Source of the DNA: Methanotrichaceae archaeon
GTDB taxonomy: Archaea > Halobacteriota > Methanosarcinia > Methanotrichales > Methanotrichaceae
Direction of reading: 5' to 3'
DNA length: 64,000 nt
Assembly: GCA_963754945.1 (NCBI GenBank)
Contig: CAVWIG010000028.1
Coordinates: 32,001-96,000 of the forward strand
Made by a program: the position numbers and the translations under genes
Notes under the pieces: model-generated
What the model was told of the DNA's origin: nothing
The model's input: the letters and a program-made list of their open reading frames with translations, nothing else
Databases searched by the model: none
In this document: positions 18,407 to 33,027 of the stretch, piece by piece
How positions within the stretch are numbered: position 1 is the first letter of the stretch
Layout: each line of letters opens with the position of its first letter

Positions 18407-20128
18407 CTAAGCCACCTCCTTTTCCGTTTCGGCTAACTGGTCGAAAGGATGCGGCTTAATCACCATCGGGTGTGGGATGTAAGCGTCCTGGACCATGTAG
18501 TTGGACATCCGCACACTGTAGTATCGATCGAACTTCTCTTTCAGGTCGGACATCATCCTTTCCCGATCAGCCTCGGGAATAGATGCAGAAGCATCAACCC
18601 AGTAGGTCCTGCCCTCCGGAACCGCCAGGATCCTGCCTGACTCAGACACCACCTGACCGGACTTGATGGTGTATTTGCTTTGGGACAAGGCTTTCTTAAC
18701 GAGTTGATAGTCCTTTGTAGCATCTATCCTGTCCGGCTTAAGGTCGTAAATGGAGACATCAGCATCCGCTCCCGGCCCCAGATGACCTTTATCTCCCAAT
18801 CCCAGGACCTTGGCGGGAGCTGCCCGGGTCATTATAACTATTTCGCTCCAATCCAGCTCACGGTCTATGCCGGCCAGGGTCGTTCGCTTTGAGATCTGAT
18901 CGTTGAGTGTGGCCATCTCCTCTGTCCTCTTGGCCTTGCTCATGAGGAGAGCGATCACCTCGGGGTAGTTGACGAAGGGCCCGCCGTTGGGGTGGTCCGT
19001 AGTCAAAAGAACCTTCCAGGGGTCTTTGGTCAGGAGGGCAAGCTCCAGGCCGATGGCCCACTGAACCGCGTTCACAAGCATCTTCCTGCCGTAGATCAGG
19101 GGCACGACTCCGCTAGCCTCCTCCAGCTCAATATCGTGGTTGGACCACTTGGCATGGAGCAGGCGGGCGTTTCCGTACTCCAGGGGGCCGTCCGCTGTCA
19201 TGGTAGTGGCGTTGCCGAAGATGATCTGGCCCATGTCCATTGTGGCGTGGGTGTTCTGGTTGAAGTAGTCGGCTATGACCGGAGCCTTTGACTCAAAGTC
19301 TCTCCAGCTTGTTCCTCCGTAGGCTGAGAACTGCATGTGCGCCACATGAACAACCTGTCTATCCCTGCTTGGCAATATGTCCTTCAGAAGCTCCAGGGAT
19401 TCCAGGGCCGTGGTGTAGTTGCCGGGTTTGCCCAGGTTGTTGAAGTGCAGGTGAATGGAGTGCGGCAGCCGCAGAAGTTCGTTGGCCTGGGCCAGGCCCC
19501 TGATTATCTCCGCAGGGGTTACATCGAAGTTGGGCACGAGATCGTTGACTCCCTTAACGTTGGCACCGAACCCCCAGGCCTCACCGCCGCCGGGGTTGAC
19601 TATCTTGACGCCGTAACCGCGGCTGGAGCGAAGAGCCCAGGCAACGTAGGCAGCCAGCTTGCCGATGTCCTTGTCGCGCACGCACTCCATGACCTCCCAG
19701 TTGTTGCCAAAGAGGGTCAGAGCGCCCTTATCCAGGATGGGAATCTCCTCCAGCTCCTCATGGGTGTGGCGGGCCTCCATAATTGGCGTGGCCGCCTCAA
19801 AGGCTGTGGTGTAGCCCATCCTAGCATAGCGGTAGCCCATGGCATGGCAGTTGGGAACAGTGTACCCCGTGGAAGGACGGCAAACATCGGTCCTTGGCTC
19901 GATTCCCATGCGACCGTCATTAGGGCACATTATCCGGCCGGTGTTCACTTTTGAGCCTGCTATATGGGAGTGAGCGTCCACCCCACCGGGCATGACCAGG
20001 AGCCCTCTGGCGTCTATCTCCTCTCCTCTGGCATCCTCCACTACTTTTCCGCCCTCCACGCAGATGTCCATCTCCTCACCGAAGATCCCGTTGGCGGGAT
20101 CATAGACGACTCCACCCTTGATGATCAT
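18407..20128 (-). CDS. fwdA: Formylmethanofuran dehydrogenase subunit A
   Basis: GGVDAHSH, KIVNPGG, HLHFNNLG.PGN, TTDHPNGGPF. Confidence 0.95.
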   Translation of the reverse strand: MIIKGGVVYDPANGIFGEEMDICVEGGKVVEDARGEEIDARGLLVMPGGVDAHSHIAGSKVNTGRIMCPNDGRMGIEPRTDVCRPSTGYTVPNCHAMGYRYARMGYTTAFEAATPIMEARHTHEELEEIPILDKGALTLFGNNWEVMECVRDKDIGKLAAYVAWALRSSRGYGVKIVNPGGGEAWGFGANVKGVNDLVPNFDVTPAEIIRGLAQANELLRLPHSIHLHFNNLGKPGNYTTALESLELLKDILPSRDRQVVHVAHMQFSAYGGTSWRDFESKAPVIADYFNQNTHATMDMGQIIFGNATTMTADGPLEYGNARLLHAKWSNHDIELEEASGVVPLIYGRKMLVNAVQWAIGLELALLTKDPWKVLLTTDHPNGGPFVNYPEVIALLMSKAKRTEEMATLNDQISKRTTLAGIDRELDWSEIVIMTRAAPAKVLGLGDKGHLGPGADADVSIYDLKPDRIDATKDYQLVKKALSQSKYTIKSGQVVSESGRILAVPEGRTYWVDASASIPEADRERMMSDLKEKFDRYYSVRMSNYMVQDAYIPHPMVIKPHPFDQLAETEKEVA

Positions 20129-21441
20129 ATCTCGGCCTCCTTGGCCGTTTCCTTTCTCTTTTTGAGCATTCTCGCGCTTTCCAGAATTCCTTTCAGGATC
20201 TCCTCGTCGCTGGGATATGGAGAGCAGACCAGCTTTTTCATCCTCAGAGCCAGACCGTCCATGCGGTAAGCGGTTCCCTCGGCCTCTATTCCGGCAATGG
20301 CACTTGGTATGACGACATCCGCCATTAGGGTCGTCGGGTTCTCGTAAGGGTCTATCTGCACAACCGGCATCTTTGCCAGAGACTCGACTATCCGGCGAGG
20401 GAAGTTGGAGGCGGGGTCTGCAGCCACAACGAGAGCAGCATCCACCTCCCCACGGGCCAAGACGTCGCAGACAGAGGTCTCGCCGGGGTTAAAGTAGGCG
20501 CTGCCTCTAGCAAAGTCTACGGACATGGGAAAGCCGGTCTCCCAGGCGGAGCACTGGCCTATGCCCGCAACGTTGTAGTGGCCTCGCATTGGCATAACGA
20601 TGAACTTGGTGTGGGCGTTCAGCTCATTCACCAGGGAGAGGGCGTTATCTATGTTCTTGTACCTGCCCCGGGAGTGGGTCATTCCCAGGCCAAAGAAGAA
20701 GACCCCGAACTTCGCCGCCAACATCGTCTCAACTACACCGAGGAGGTCCTTCTTAGGGATGCCTCCGACAAGATCGGGCACCGTGTCTCCCTTTCCTGCC
20801 AGCATCATCCTCAAGGCGGAGACGACCTGGTAGTCCTCGCCAGGGTTGATCCTGATGAACAAGTCGGCGTTCTTGGAAGTCCTTGTCTCCCTGACGTCCA
20901 CCACTATTACCTTCCTGCCGGCTCGGCCGTCTGGAGTGAATCGGCCACAAACGTTCGATGAGTAGCGCAGGGCGTGCCTGGGGTGGGCCTCGGCCGGGTT
21001 GCAGCCCCAGAAGATTATGAGATCGGCCCTGTTCTTTATCTGGCCAAGAGTAGCGCCTGCCAGTCCCTTCTCCTCTATGCCTATGATGGAAGGGCCGTGG
21101 CATACTGTAGCCGTGGAGTCGATTACTCCTCCCACCTCCTCTGCCAGAAGGATTCCTATCTTCTGAGCCTCGCATACGGTAGAGGCCCAGCCGTAAAGGA
21201 GCGGGTGCCGGGCACCCCCGAGTATCTCTGCTGCTCGGTCGTAGGCCTCTTGATAGGTCGCGTCGGCGAGGACTCCGTTCCTCCGAATCATAGGGCCTTT
21301 AATCCTCTCGTGCCCCATGATCTTGCTTGCCCCCAGGCGGCAGGCGTGCCTGACACGCTTGACTTTATCTTCTTCGACATCCACGGTTATGTCGTCGCAG
21401 AGACATCCGCAGAAGGAGCACAGGACGTCTTCCTGGATCAT
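20125..21441 (-). CDS. fwdB: Formylmethanofuran dehydrogenase subunit B
   Basis: CSFCGCLCDD, VCHGPS (Cys ligand), AHPRH, MRGHYNV; start at ATG 21441, overlapping the fwdD stop. Confidence 0.95.
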   Translation of the reverse strand: MIQEDVLCSFCGCLCDDITVDVEEDKVKRVRHACRLGASKIMGHERIKGPMIRRNGVLADATYQEAYDRAAEILGGARHPLLYGWASTVCEAQKIGILLAEEVGGVIDSTATVCHGPSIIGIEEKGLAGATLGQIKNRADLIIFWGCNPAEAHPRHALRYSSNVCGRFTPDGRAGRKVIVVDVRETRTSKNADLFIRINPGEDYQVVSALRMMLAGKGDTVPDLVGGIPKKDLLGVVETMLAAKFGVFFFGLGMTHSRGRYKNIDNALSLVNELNAHTKFIVMPMRGHYNVAGIGQCSAWETGFPMSVDFARGSAYFNPGETSVCDVLARGEVDAALVVAADPASNFPRRIVESLAKMPVVQIDPYENPTTLMADVVIPSAIAGIEAEGTAYRMDGLALRMKKLVCSPYPSDEEILKGILESARMLKKRKETAKEAEI

Positions 21442-21821
21442 GCCTTGGCCCTCTCTATGTCGCGAAATAGTTCTTTGATCTCCAGAACAGGGGCGTCTGT
21501 AGCCTCTACATTGACCTCCACGCCCTTGAAATGGGGAGTGCCGCATCCGGCTGTGTCCGGACCGACAAGGGCGTTGGCCCAGGGGCCCATGGGGATGAAG
21601 ACCATTCGCCGCGGAAGGCCAGGGTCTGTGTGGACAGAGAGAACAGCCTGGCCAAAGCCATTGGAAATTTGAACATTCTTTCCCTGTGATAGTCCCAGGG
21701 ACTTGTAGTCCTCCTCGGAGACCGAAGCGACCGAGGTTGCCCTGAAGAACTCGGGGGACATCTTGGATTCACAAGCGGCACCCTGACCCAGGGTTCGGCC
21801 GGAGATCATGATAGCCTTCAC
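21438..21821 (-). CDS. fwdD: Formylmethanofuran dehydrogenase subunit D
   Basis: SGRTL.QG, FIPMGPWAN, T...G.P.FKG. Confidence 0.9.
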   Translation of the reverse strand: MKAIMISGRTLGQGAACESKMSPEFFRATSVASVSEEDYKSLGLSQGKNVQISNGFGQAVLSVHTDPGLPRRMVFIPMGPWANALVGPDTAGCGTPHFKGVEVNVEATDAPVLEIKELFRDIERAKA

Positions 21822-21934
21822 CTCAAAACCACCTGTGCCATTCTAAGCCATTCGCCGCTAAAAAGTGTGCGGTCGTGCATTACTTTAATATACCATCTCT
21901 CGATTGGAAGCTAGTCACGTTGGAGTTGGGCATT

Positions 21935-22447
21935 TTGGCTGGGAGAGCATGGAAGTTTGGAGCTGATATCGATACAGATGCCATCATCCCGGGGCGGTAC
22001 CTCGTAATAAACAACCCCAGGGAGCTGGCGGAACATCTGTTTGAGGGGCTGCGGCCCGAAATGGCCGTACAGGTCCGAGAAGGCGATTTCGTAGTGGCCG
22101 GGGACAACTTCGGATGCGGCTCGTCCAGAGAGCACGCGCCTTTGGCCCTCAAAGGAGCAGGCGTAGCAGCCGTTGTCGCGAAATCTTTTGCAAGGATCTT
22201 CTTTCGGAACGCCATAAACATAGGCTTGCCGCTGTTCATCTGCGATGATGTGGACAATATCAAGGACGGGGACCCTCTGGAGATTGATATGGTTGCAGGA
22301 ACAATCCACAACCTCTCCAGCGACGAATCGTACACGACTACTCCACTACCTGCGTTCTTGATGGAGATAGTCGATGCTGGCGGTCTGGTAGAGTACACTA
22401 AGAGAATAGTAGCTGCAAAAAGTTTGAGTGCGGGAGCCAAAGCATGA
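21935..22447 (+). CDS. leuD: 3-isopropylmalate dehydratase small subunit
   Basis: [34 protein letters not shown]; start estimated (TTG); adjacent to leuB. Confidence 0.85.
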   Translation: MAGRAWKFGADIDTDAIIPGRYLVINNPRELAEHLFEGLRPEMAVQVREGDFVVAGDNFGCGSSREHAPLALKGAGVAAVVAKSFARIFFRNAINIGLPLFICDDVDNIKDGDPLEIDMVAGTIHNLSSDESYTTTPLPAFLMEIVDAGGLVEYTKRIVAAKSLSAGAKA

Positions 22448-23568
22448 ACTACAAGGTGCCGGTGATTCCGGGAGACGGAATAGGCCCGGAGATCATAGCC
22501 GAGGGCAAAAAGGTCCTTGAGGCGACAGGAGATAAGCACGGTTTCTCCATCGATTGGATCGAGTTCCCCCTGGGAGCCGAGAACTACCTCAAGACGGGGG
22601 AGCTAGTAAGCGAGGAGACCTTAAGGGAGCTATCCAAATACAGAGCCATCTACCTGGGAGCCATAGGAGATCCCCGAATAAAGCCCGGCATTCTTGAAAA
22701 AGGCGTTCTCCTCGCCATGCGGTTCTACTTTGACCAGTATGTCAACCTCAGACCGGTGAAGCTTCTGGAGGGCGTGTGGACTCCTCTCAAGAACAAGGGC
22801 CCCAAGGACATCGACTTCGTTGTGGTTCGTGAGAACACCGAGGACTTCTACATCGGCATAGGCAGCCGTGCCAAAGCGGGCCACAGCCATGCCGAATTCG
22901 AGATCAAGCGTGCCCTGTACAACATCAAGTTCGGCCTCGACATCGACTCGGACAGCGAGGAGATCGGCTACCAGATAGGCGAGGTCAGCAAGGAGGGTTG
23001 CCATAGGGTAATCAAATACGCCTTCGACTTGGCCATGCGCAGGCGTCATCAGCTTTCAAGCGTTGACAAGGCGAACGTCCTGAGCGACATATATGGATTC
23101 TGGAGGGAGATATTCCTCGATGTCGCCTCCGGCTATCCCTCTGTCAAGACTGACTTCAACTTCGTTGATGCCATAACAATGTGGTTCGTCAAAAACCCCG
23201 AGTGGTTCGACGTCATCGTTGCGCCGAACATGTTCGGCGACATAATAACCGACCTTGGGGCCATGATCCAGGGCGGCCTGGGGCTTGCGCCCGGAGCCAA
23301 CCTGAACCCAGAGGGTACCAGTATGTTCGAGCCCATCCACGGTTCAGCGCCGAAGTACAAAGGCCAAAACAAGGTGAACCCAATAGCCACCATCTGGGCG
23401 GGAGCCTTGCTCCTTGATCACCTGGGCCAGCCGAAAGCGGGCGAAGATATCGTCAGGGCAATAGAGCGGAACTTATTTGAGGGAAGGATAAAAACGTACG
23501 ATCTGGGAGGAAGCTCAACCACTTCCGAAGTAGGCACTGAAATTGCCCGGCTGGTCAGGAGTACGTGA
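22444..23568 (+). CDS. leuB: 3-isopropylmalate dehydrogenase
   Basis: [35 protein letters not shown]. Confidence 0.85.
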   Translation: MNYKVPVIPGDGIGPEIIAEGKKVLEATGDKHGFSIDWIEFPLGAENYLKTGELVSEETLRELSKYRAIYLGAIGDPRIKPGILEKGVLLAMRFYFDQYVNLRPVKLLEGVWTPLKNKGPKDIDFVVVRENTEDFYIGIGSRAKAGHSHAEFEIKRALYNIKFGLDIDSDSEEIGYQIGEVSKEGCHRVIKYAFDLAMRRRHQLSSVDKANVLSDIYGFWREIFLDVASGYPSVKTDFNFVDAITMWFVKNPEWFDVIVAPNMFGDIITDLGAMIQGGLGLAPGANLNPEGTSMFEPIHGSAPKYKGQNKVNPIATIWAGALLLDHLGQPKAGEDIVRAIERNLFEGRIKTYDLGGSSTTSEVGTEIARLVRST

Positions 23569-23661
23569 GGTTCTTCAAGGGAAAAGGCTTTATGTGGGAT
23601 GGCGTCATTGCTTTTCCAGTGCAGTTAAAAAGGCTTGAGGCATGGGCCGGCATGCTCATGG

Positions 23662-23752
23662 GGGCTCGTAGCTCAGTTAGGCAGAGCGTCTGGCTTTTAA
23701 ACTTTTGTGTAGAGATACCAGGTGGCCGAGGGTTCAAATCCCCCCGAGCCCG
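23662..23752 (+). tRNA. tRNA-Lys(UUU) with 17-nt intron (23700-23716)
   Basis: Acceptor GGGCTCG/CGAGCCC, D arm GCTC/GAGC, anticodon TTT at 23696-23698, GGTTCAAATCC T loop; BHB helix CTTT pairs with intron AGAG. Confidence 0.93.
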
Positions 23753-23797
23753 TTCAATGCTTCCTTGAGCCTGTTTGCTGCTGTTTTAGAGGTGGTT

Positions 23798-24037
23798 ATG
23801 GTGACGAAGTCCGCTGTAAAGGATCACGAGCTGGTTCCGGAACACGTTCTGCTCTCTGTGGAGGAGGGCGTTGCGGTCCTTAAAACATATGGCATTGAAG
23901 CTCCTCAATTGCCCAAGATCCATTTGAGCGATCCCGTGGCCAAGGAGATCGGGGCCAAAGTCGGGGACATAATCAGGGTGGTAAGGCGCAGCCCCACGGC
24001 AAAGCAATCGATCTTTTACAGGCTTGTAATCGATTAA
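23798..24037 (+). CDS. rpoH: RNA polymerase subunit H (Rpo5)
   Basis: HELVPEH, QLPKI..SDP, RRSPTA, YRLV. Confidence 0.95.
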   Translation: MVTKSAVKDHELVPEHVLLSVEEGVAVLKTYGIEAPQLPKIHLSDPVAKEIGAKVGDIIRVVRRSPTAKQSIFYRLVID

Positions 24038-24046
24038 GGTGGTTTT

Positions 24047-25537
24047 TTGCTCAACAGAAACATTCTATTCAAATCCTATTTTACCAGGGATAAGCTGGTT
24101 CACCATCACATCAACTCCTTCAACGAGTTCATCGACCGAGGACTTCAGAAGGTCATAGACGAGGTTGCAACAATCGAGACCAACATCGAAAATACATATG
24201 TAAAATTGGGTAAGATCCGGGTGGAGCGACCCATGGTCAGAGAGGCGGACGGCTCAGTCGAGCGGCTCTACCCGAACGACGCTCGCCTGCGCAACCTCAC
24301 GTATGCATCTCCGATAAAACTGGAGATGATAATAGTTGAGGGAGAGACGGAGAAAGAATCCGTTGAGGCTGAGATCGGCACTCTTCCCATCATGCTCAAC
24401 TCCAAGGTGTGCAACATCTCCGGCATGTCTCCCGACGAGATGATCGCCTACGGAGAAGACCCCATGGACCCTGGAGGCTATTTCGTTGTCAATGGCTCGG
24501 AGAGGGTGATCATGACCCTGGAGGACCTCGCGCCTAACAAGATCCTGGTGGAGTACAACCAGCGGTACGACGAATTCATAGAGGTTGCAAAGGTGTTCAG
24601 CCAAAGGCAGGGCTATCGATCGCTGGTCATCGTTGAGCGTGGGCGGCGATCCATCCTGGAGGTCTCGTTCCCATCGGTCTCTGGGAGGTTGAACTTCGTG
24701 ACTCTGCTCCGTGCTCTGGGGATGGAAACTGACATGGACATAGTAAAGGCAGTATCTGACAACCCTGAGATCATCAAGTTCATGCTGGAGAACTTGGAGG
24801 AGGCGGAGGTTTCCACCATGGACGAGGCCCTGGAGAAGATAGGCAGCCGTGTAGCAGCCGGTCAGGCAAAAGAGTACCAGAAGAAGAGAGCCACCTACGT
24901 CCTGGACCGTTACCTATTGCCGCACATCGGCGTAGCAGAGGGCGACCGTTACGCAAAGGCGCTTTTCTTGGCCAGGATGGCTGAAGCCTGCTTCGAGCTG
25001 GCCCTGAACCGCAGGGGCGAGGACGACAAGGACCACTACTCCAATAAGAGGCTGAAGCTCTCCGGCGACCTGATGGAAGACCTATTCAGGGTGGCCTTCA
25101 ACCGGCTGACGCGCGACATCAAGTACCAGCTGGAAAGAGCATCCATGAGGAACCGAGAGCTTAACGTCGTGACAACAGTCCGGGCAGATGTGCTTACTGA
25201 AAGAATGATTCACCCTCTGGCCACGGGCAACTGGGTCGGAGGCAGGACTGGCGTCTCCCAACTTCTGGACCGGACTGACTACATGGCCACTCTATCACAC
25301 CTGCGCCGGGTGATCTCGCCGCTATCCCGGTCTCAGCCGCACTTCGAGGCCAGGGATCTTCACGCAACTCAGTGGGGAAGGATCTGTCCTAGCGAGACCC
25401 CCGAGGGGCCAAACTGTGGCCTGGTCAAGAACTTCGCTCAAGCAGTAGAATTGAGCAAGGGCGTGGAAGACTACGAGGATGTCAAGAAGATGCTTATCGA
25501 TCTCGGCGTGGTTCGGGTAGGTGGTAACATTGGCTAA
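24047..25537 (+). CDS. rpoB2: RNA polymerase subunit B'' (Rpo2N)
   Basis: [37 protein letters not shown]. Confidence 0.97.
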   Translation: MLNRNILFKSYFTRDKLVHHHINSFNEFIDRGLQKVIDEVATIETNIENTYVKLGKIRVERPMVREADGSVERLYPNDARLRNLTYASPIKLEMIIVEGETEKESVEAEIGTLPIMLNSKVCNISGMSPDEMIAYGEDPMDPGGYFVVNGSERVIMTLEDLAPNKILVEYNQRYDEFIEVAKVFSQRQGYRSLVIVERGRRSILEVSFPSVSGRLNFVTLLRALGMETDMDIVKAVSDNPEIIKFMLENLEEAEVSTMDEALEKIGSRVAAGQAKEYQKKRATYVLDRYLLPHIGVAEGDRYAKALFLARMAEACFELALNRRGEDDKDHYSNKRLKLSGDLMEDLFRVAFNRLTRDIKYQLERASMRNRELNVVTTVRADVLTERMIHPLATGNWVGGRTGVSQLLDRTDYMATLSHLRRVISPLSRSQPHFEARDLHATQWGRICPSETPEGPNCGLVKNFAQAVELSKGVEDYEDVKKMLIDLGVVRVGGNIG

Positions 25538-27365
25538 GGCAGATACTTTCATTAATGGCGCCAGGGTGTTCGTTAACGGTGAGATCATAGGGTCTCACCC
25601 GGAGCCTGTGAGCCTGGTGGAGAACCTGAGGCGCCTCCGGCGTGCAGGTAGCATAAGTAGCCAGGTCAATGTTGCTTACTTCATAAGAACCAACGAGATC
25701 CTAATCAACACCGACTCGGGCCGGGCCAGAAGGCCGCTGATCATCGTCCTGGACGGTAAGGCTCAGGTCACCGAGGAGCACGTGGCTAAGGTGGGGACCG
25801 GGGAGATGACCTTCGAGGATCTTGTCAAGACCGGGCTCGTGGAGTACCTGGATGCTGAGGAGGAGGAGAATAGCCTGATAGCCATCTGGGAGGGCGACAT
25901 AACTCCTGAGCATACCCATCTGGAGCTGGATCCATCCCTTATACTTGGCATAGCCGCGGGCCTTGTGCCCTATCCGGAGCACAACGCCAGCCCCAGGAAC
26001 ACCATGGGAGCAGGAATGATTAAGCAGTGCCTGGGCATGTCCATGGCCAACATGAAACTGCGGCCTGACACCAGAGGTCACTATCTTAACTCCCCCCAGA
26101 AATCCATCGTTAGGACCAAGACTTCCCCGGCCGTCGGCTTTGACGAAAGACCGGCCGGCCAGAACTTCGTGGTTGCCGTCCTGGCCTACGAAGGGTACAA
26201 TATCGAGGATGCCCTTGTCATGAACAAGGGCTCTATTGAGCGCGGTCTGGCGCGAAGCCACTTCTTCCGGGTCTCCGAGGCAGAGGAGAGAAAGTATCCC
26301 GGCGGCCAGGAGGACAAGTTCGAGATACCGGACGTAGAGGTCCGCGGCGCACGGGGCTCTGAGTCCTATGAGCAGCTCGACTCTGACGGCCTGGTGAACC
26401 CCAACTCCTACGTCGGCCAGAACGATGTCTTGATAGGCAAGACCAGCCCGCCCAGGTTCCTGGAAGAACCATCCGAGTTTGGCATAACCCCTCAGCAGAG
26501 ACGCGAGACTTCGGTGACTATGCGGTCAAACGAGAGAGGCGTCGTGGACATGGTGATTCTAACCGAGTCGTCCAACGGCAACCGCCTTTGCAAGGTCAAG
26601 ACCAGGGACCCGCGCATTCCTGAACTCGGGGACAAATTCGCCTCCCGGCACGGCCAGAAGGGAGTTGTGGGGTTGATAGTGCCTCAGGAGGATATGCCCT
26701 TCACAGAGTCTGGCCTTGTGCCCGACCTGCTCCTAAACCCGCACGCCATCCCTTCAAGGATGACAGTCGGTCACGTGCTGGAGATGATCGGGGGCAAAGT
26801 CGGTTCCCTAGAGGGCAGGTTTATCGATGCCACGGCATTCCTGGGGGAGAACGAGAACGATCTACGCTCAGCTTTGGCCAAGTTCGGATTCGCTCATACA
26901 GGCCGAGAAATCATGTATGATGGAGCCACCGGTGAACAGATAATGGCCGACCTATTTGTGGGAGTAATCCTTTATCAGAAGCTCTACCACATGGTCACAG
27001 GAAAGATGCATGCCCGGTCCCGTGGACCCGTCCAGGTCCTAACCAGGCAGCCAACCGAAGGCCGAGCGCGTGAGGGCGGTCTGCGGTTCGGAGAGATGGA
27101 AAGAGATGTGCTCATAGCACATGGGGCCGCATTGGCCCTAAAAGAGCGATTAGTGGACGAGTCCGACAAGGTCACCGAGCTGGTGTGTAGCCATTGCGGC
27201 ATGATCGCCATCCACGACAAGCGCAGAAATGCAGACTTCTGCCCTGTATGCGGCGCTGACACGGAGATATATCCTGTCGAGATGAGCTATGCCTTCAAGC
27301 TACTGCTGGACGAGATCAAGTCTTTGGGTGTAGTTCCGCGGTTGATTCTGGAGGACGCTGTTTAG
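25521..27365 (+). CDS. rpoB1: RNA polymerase subunit B' (Rpo2C)
   Basis: [30 protein letters not shown]. Confidence 0.97.
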   Translation: MVTLAKADTFINGARVFVNGEIIGSHPEPVSLVENLRRLRRAGSISSQVNVAYFIRTNEILINTDSGRARRPLIIVLDGKAQVTEEHVAKVGTGEMTFEDLVKTGLVEYLDAEEEENSLIAIWEGDITPEHTHLELDPSLILGIAAGLVPYPEHNASPRNTMGAGMIKQCLGMSMANMKLRPDTRGHYLNSPQKSIVRTKTSPAVGFDERPAGQNFVVAVLAYEGYNIEDALVMNKGSIERGLARSHFFRVSEAEERKYPGGQEDKFEIPDVEVRGARGSESYEQLDSDGLVNPNSYVGQNDVLIGKTSPPRFLEEPSEFGITPQQRRETSVTMRSNERGVVDMVILTESSNGNRLCKVKTRDPRIPELGDKFASRHGQKGVVGLIVPQEDMPFTESGLVPDLLLNPHAIPSRMTVGHVLEMIGGKVGSLEGRFIDATAFLGENENDLRSALAKFGFAHTGREIMYDGATGEQIMADLFVGVILYQKLYHMVTGKMHARSRGPVQVLTRQPTEGRAREGGLRFGEMERDVLIAHGAALALKERLVDESDKVTELVCSHCGMIAIHDKRRNADFCPVCGADTEIYPVEMSYAFKLLLDEIKSLGVVPRLILEDAV

Positions 27366-27373
27366 GTGTTAGC

Positions 27374-31134
<3,761 letters not shown>

Positions 31135-31143
31135 GGTAAAACG

Positions 31144-31455
31144 ATGATAAACATAGACAGAGCGCTCAGAAGTTCCATCAAATCAGGGAAAGTAGTGCTT
31201 GGATCGAACAGGACAGTCGAGGTTGGATCGAGCGGGCAGGCCAAGCTGATAATCTATGCAGCAGATTGTCCAATGGATGTCCGAATGCAGCTTGAGTCCA
31301 TGGATGTACCGATCTATGGGTTCGAGGGGATGGGCAAGGACCTTGGATCTGCCTGCGGAAAGCCCTTCTCTGTGGCCACCCTGGCAGTAATAGAGCCGGG
31401 CGACTCAGAGATCATGGCGCTCCTGCGGGAGATCCGAGGTGTTGAGAATGAGTGA
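31144..31455 (+). CDS. rpl30e: 50S ribosomal protein L30e
   Basis: GKVVLG, LGSACGKPF, PGDSEI; conserved position. Confidence 0.93.
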   Translation: MINIDRALRSSIKSGKVVLGSNRTVEVGSSGQAKLIIYAADCPMDVRMQLESMDVPIYGFEGMGKDLGSACGKPFSVATLAVIEPGDSEIMALLREIRGVENE

Positions 31456-31879
31456 GTTCAAGCTCACCACAGAGGGAATCCGATATATCGCCTTGTTTGA
31501 GAGCCTAACCGGTGGGATGGCCAGGGATTGTGTCGTGGATGCGGACAATGATAGGATCATCTTTGTCATAAAGAAAGGAGATATGGGGGCAGCCATAGGC
31601 AGAAAAGGCTCCAACATCAACCGTGTCAAGAAGTCCGTCGGAAAGCAGATCGAGATCGTAGAGTACAGCGAGAATGTCAACGAGTTTCTCGAAAATCTCT
31701 TCCAACCGGCATCCATAAAGAACGTGAGCGTAGTCGACAAGAACAATAAGCGATTGGCTTATGTAGAGGTAGCAAATAAGGATAAGGGCATTGCCATCGG
31801 GCGAGATGGCCGAAATATATTGAAAGCCAAGATGCTGGCGCAGAGGCATCACGGCGTAGATGATATCATAATCCAATGA
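31448..31879 (+). CDS. nusA: Archaeal NusA
   Basis: Two KH motifs AIGRKGSNI and AIGRDGRNI; conserved position. Confidence 0.93.
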   Translation: MSEFKLTTEGIRYIALFESLTGGMARDCVVDADNDRIIFVIKKGDMGAAIGRKGSNINRVKKSVGKQIEIVEYSENVNEFLENLFQPASIKNVSVVDKNNKRLAYVEVANKDKGIAIGRDGRNILKAKMLAQRHHGVDDIIIQ

Positions 31880-31913
31880 GCCCGATTTGGTCATTATTAC
31901 TAAGGTGAAATGA

Positions 31914-32342
31914 ATGGGTAAGGGAATCTATGCAGCCAGGAAACTGGAGAGTGATCGCAAAACCCTGAGATGGAGCTATCCTAAGTTTATTAGGCGCGCA
32001 TCCGGGTCGAGGATAAAGTCGGATCCCCTGGGCGGAGCGCCTATGGGCAGAGGAATCGTTCTGGAGAAGGTTGGAATCGAGTGCAAACAGCCAAACTCGG
32101 CCATAAGAAAGGCAGTGAGAATACAGCTTATCAAGAACGGACGCCAGGTTACTGCCTTCTGCCCGGGCGATGGGGCCATTGGATTCATTGACGAGCACGA
32201 CGAGGTTACCGTTGATCGGATCGGTGGCCGGATGGGCCGATCCATGGGAGACATTCCCGGAGTCAGGTTCAAGGTCATAGCCGTGAACAACGTCTCTCTT
32301 CTTGAGATGGTGCGCGGACGAAAGGAGAAGCCGGTGAGGTGA
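31914..32342 (+). CDS. rps12: 30S ribosomal protein S12 (uS12)
   Basis: [19 protein letters not shown]. Confidence 0.97.
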   Translation: MGKGIYAARKLESDRKTLRWSYPKFIRRASGSRIKSDPLGGAPMGRGIVLEKVGIECKQPNSAIRKAVRIQLIKNGRQVTAFCPGDGAIGFIDEHDEVTVDRIGGRMGRSMGDIPGVRFKVIAVNNVSLLEMVRGRKEKPVR

Positions 32343-32346
32343 TGGC

Positions 32347-32904
32347 GTGAAGGTATTTGGCAAGTGGGACCCGACCGAGGTAGAGGTTACCGATCTGAGC
32401 ATAAAGAGCTACATGAACCTCACTCCCAAGGCGGTCATGTACTCCGGCGGCAGGCATGCGAAGCAGCAATTCAAGAAGTCCGAGCAGCATATAGTGGAAC
32501 GCTTGGTCAACAAGATCATGCGAAAGGAGAAGAACACTGGCAAGAAGCTGATGGCCTATGGCATTGTCGAGGGTGCCTTTGATATTATTGCCCAGAAGAC
32601 CAAGGAGAATCCCCTTACCGTCCTGGCCAAGGCCATAGCCAATGCCGGTCCCCGCGAAGAAGTTGTTCGGCTTAAGTACGGCGGCATAACCGTTCCCAAG
32701 GCGGTGGACACAGCTCCCCAGAGAAGGGTGGATACTGCCCTCATGTTCATAGCCAAGGGCGCCAAGCAGGCTTCCTTCAAGACCAAGAAGTCGGTTCAGG
32801 CCGCGCTAGCAGATGAGATAATTTCTGCGGCGAACTACGATGTCCGGAGCTTCTCTATAACTCACAAGGACAGCGTGGAGCGCGTGGCCAAGGCAGCCAG
32901 ATAG
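32347..32904 (+). CDS. rps7: 30S ribosomal protein S7 (uS7)
   Basis: [31 protein letters not shown]. Confidence 0.96.
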   Translation: MKVFGKWDPTEVEVTDLSIKSYMNLTPKAVMYSGGRHAKQQFKKSEQHIVERLVNKIMRKEKNTGKKLMAYGIVEGAFDIIAQKTKENPLTVLAKAIANAGPREEVVRLKYGGITVPKAVDTAPQRRVDTALMFIAKGAKQASFKTKKSVQAALADEIISAANYDVRSFSITHKDSVERVAKAAR

Positions 32905-32919
32905 ATAAAACTATCTGGT

Positions 32920-33025
32920 CAGTCTTTATTTTATTTGGGTTTTATCATCTTAAAACACATTCGATTCTCAATATTTTTATTAAATATTTTATCATTAATC
33001 TTATCTATTTTTGTATTCACCTGTA
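32920..33025. terminator. T-rich region between convergent genes, probable terminator(s)
   Basis: Several oligo-T runs directly after the rps7 stop. Confidence 0.45.
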
Positions 33026-33027
33026 TT

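Noticed and set aside
21090-21110. Selenocysteine in FwdB
   Set aside because: The ligand position is an ordinary Cys codon (VCHGP) and the frame is open
23555-23797. ORFs 23565-23768 and 23555-23737, and the N-terminal extension of rpoH
   Set aside because: They overlap the tRNA-Lys gene; rpoH starts at ATG 23798
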